Origin: Mobula hypostoma
Taxonomy: Eukaryota
NCBI RefSeq assembly: GCF_963921235.1
Contig: NC_086108.1
Coordinates: 108,750,001-108,814,000 of the forward strand
Reading direction: 5' to 3'
DNA length: 64,000 bases
The position numbers and the translations under genes were made by a program. Below are positions 63,128 to 64,000 of this stretch, piece after piece; the stretch's first letter is position 1, and the number at the start of each line of letters is the position of its first letter. The notes under the pieces were generated by a model. It saw only the letters and a list, made by a program, of their open reading frames with translations. It made no database searches and had not been told where the DNA came from.

Positions 63128-64000
63128 TTCTAAACCTTTCTTGTAATGTACCTGTCGAAATGTCTCTTAAATATTGTTAATGTACACTTATTGCCACAAC
63201 AGCAAACTGGCAGCTCATTCCATATACTGACCACCCTCCGGGTGAAAAAGTTGCCCCTCAAGTTTCTATCAAATCATTTATTTATTTATGTAACTGTCTA
63301 TCTAAGTAGCCATTTACTTGTTGATCGATTTTTTAATTGACTGATTGAGATAGAGTGCAGAACAAGGCCTTCCAGTCCTTCGAACTGCGCTCTACTGCAA
63401 CCCCCGACTTAATCCTAGCCTAGTCACAGGATGATTTACAATGACCCATTAACTTACCAACCTGTATGCATTTGGACTGTGGGAGGAAATCGGAGCACCT
63501 GGAGGAAACCACAGTGAGAATGTACAAACTCCTTACAGGGAGCAGTGAGAATTGAACCTGGACTGCTGGTACTGTAAAGCGTTGCGTTAACCAATATCGC
63601 TCCCCTCTCTCCTTAATCCTATGCCCTCTGGTTCTTGAATTACCAACCCTGGGAATCCTTGACTGAATCTTTCTTGTTTTGGCTATAAAAGCACTACAAG
63701 TTGAGAGGGAGGACGGTTTAACATCAGTGCAGCTCTTCTGTGTACATGACCAATCAAAGACACAAGCTATTCTGCAGATGCTGGAAATCCAGAGGAACAT
63801 GCACAAACTGCTGGAGGAACTCTGCTGTCTGTAAGGAGTTTGTATGTTCTCCCTGTGGCCATGTGGAATTCCTTTGGGTGCTCTGGAATCTTCCCACATT
63901 TCAAAAAATATGTTGGCTTGTAGATTAATTGGTCATATGGGTGTAATTGAGCTCGCGGGCAGAAGGGCCTGCTACCGTGCTTCATCAGCAGATCAGGCAG

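Noticed and set aside
63510..63532. RSS-like CACAGTG..ACAAACTCC (isolated nonamers also near 6892 and 8858)
   Set aside because: The spacer lengths are wrong, the motifs lie inside repeats, and there are no V, D or J segments.

Overview
Vertebrate nuclear DNA. The repeat repertoire (V-SINE/HE1-like SINEs, CR1, Rex1/Babar, RTE, Tx1, Penelope-like elements, a Deu-domain SINE) points to a cartilaginous fish, probably a ray; this is inference. I found no host protein-coding gene I can support, so the window looks intronic or intergenic. Most of it is nested transposon debris, and nearly all listed ORFs are TE fragments or their antisense shadows. The most intact coding sequence is a 5'-truncated CR1 ORF2 (18485-20991, minus) with two frameshifts. 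The strongest non-routine signal is catalytic-RNA structure in short non-autonomous retroelements. (i) An HDV-like double-pseudoknot fold begins at the first base of a TSD-flanked 423-bp RTE-derived element (58581-59003), and a decayed relative lies at 41818-42222. (ii) Two families of minimal type-I hammerhead motifs sit in Penelope-like terminal repeats, including a core-intact copy in a 117-bp TSD-flanked insert (31556-31672) and several fold-back insertions. A few repeat-free AT/TAAT-rich islands are candidate conserved non-coding elements. Coordinates of decayed repeats are approximate, and family names come from remembered consensus features, not database searches.
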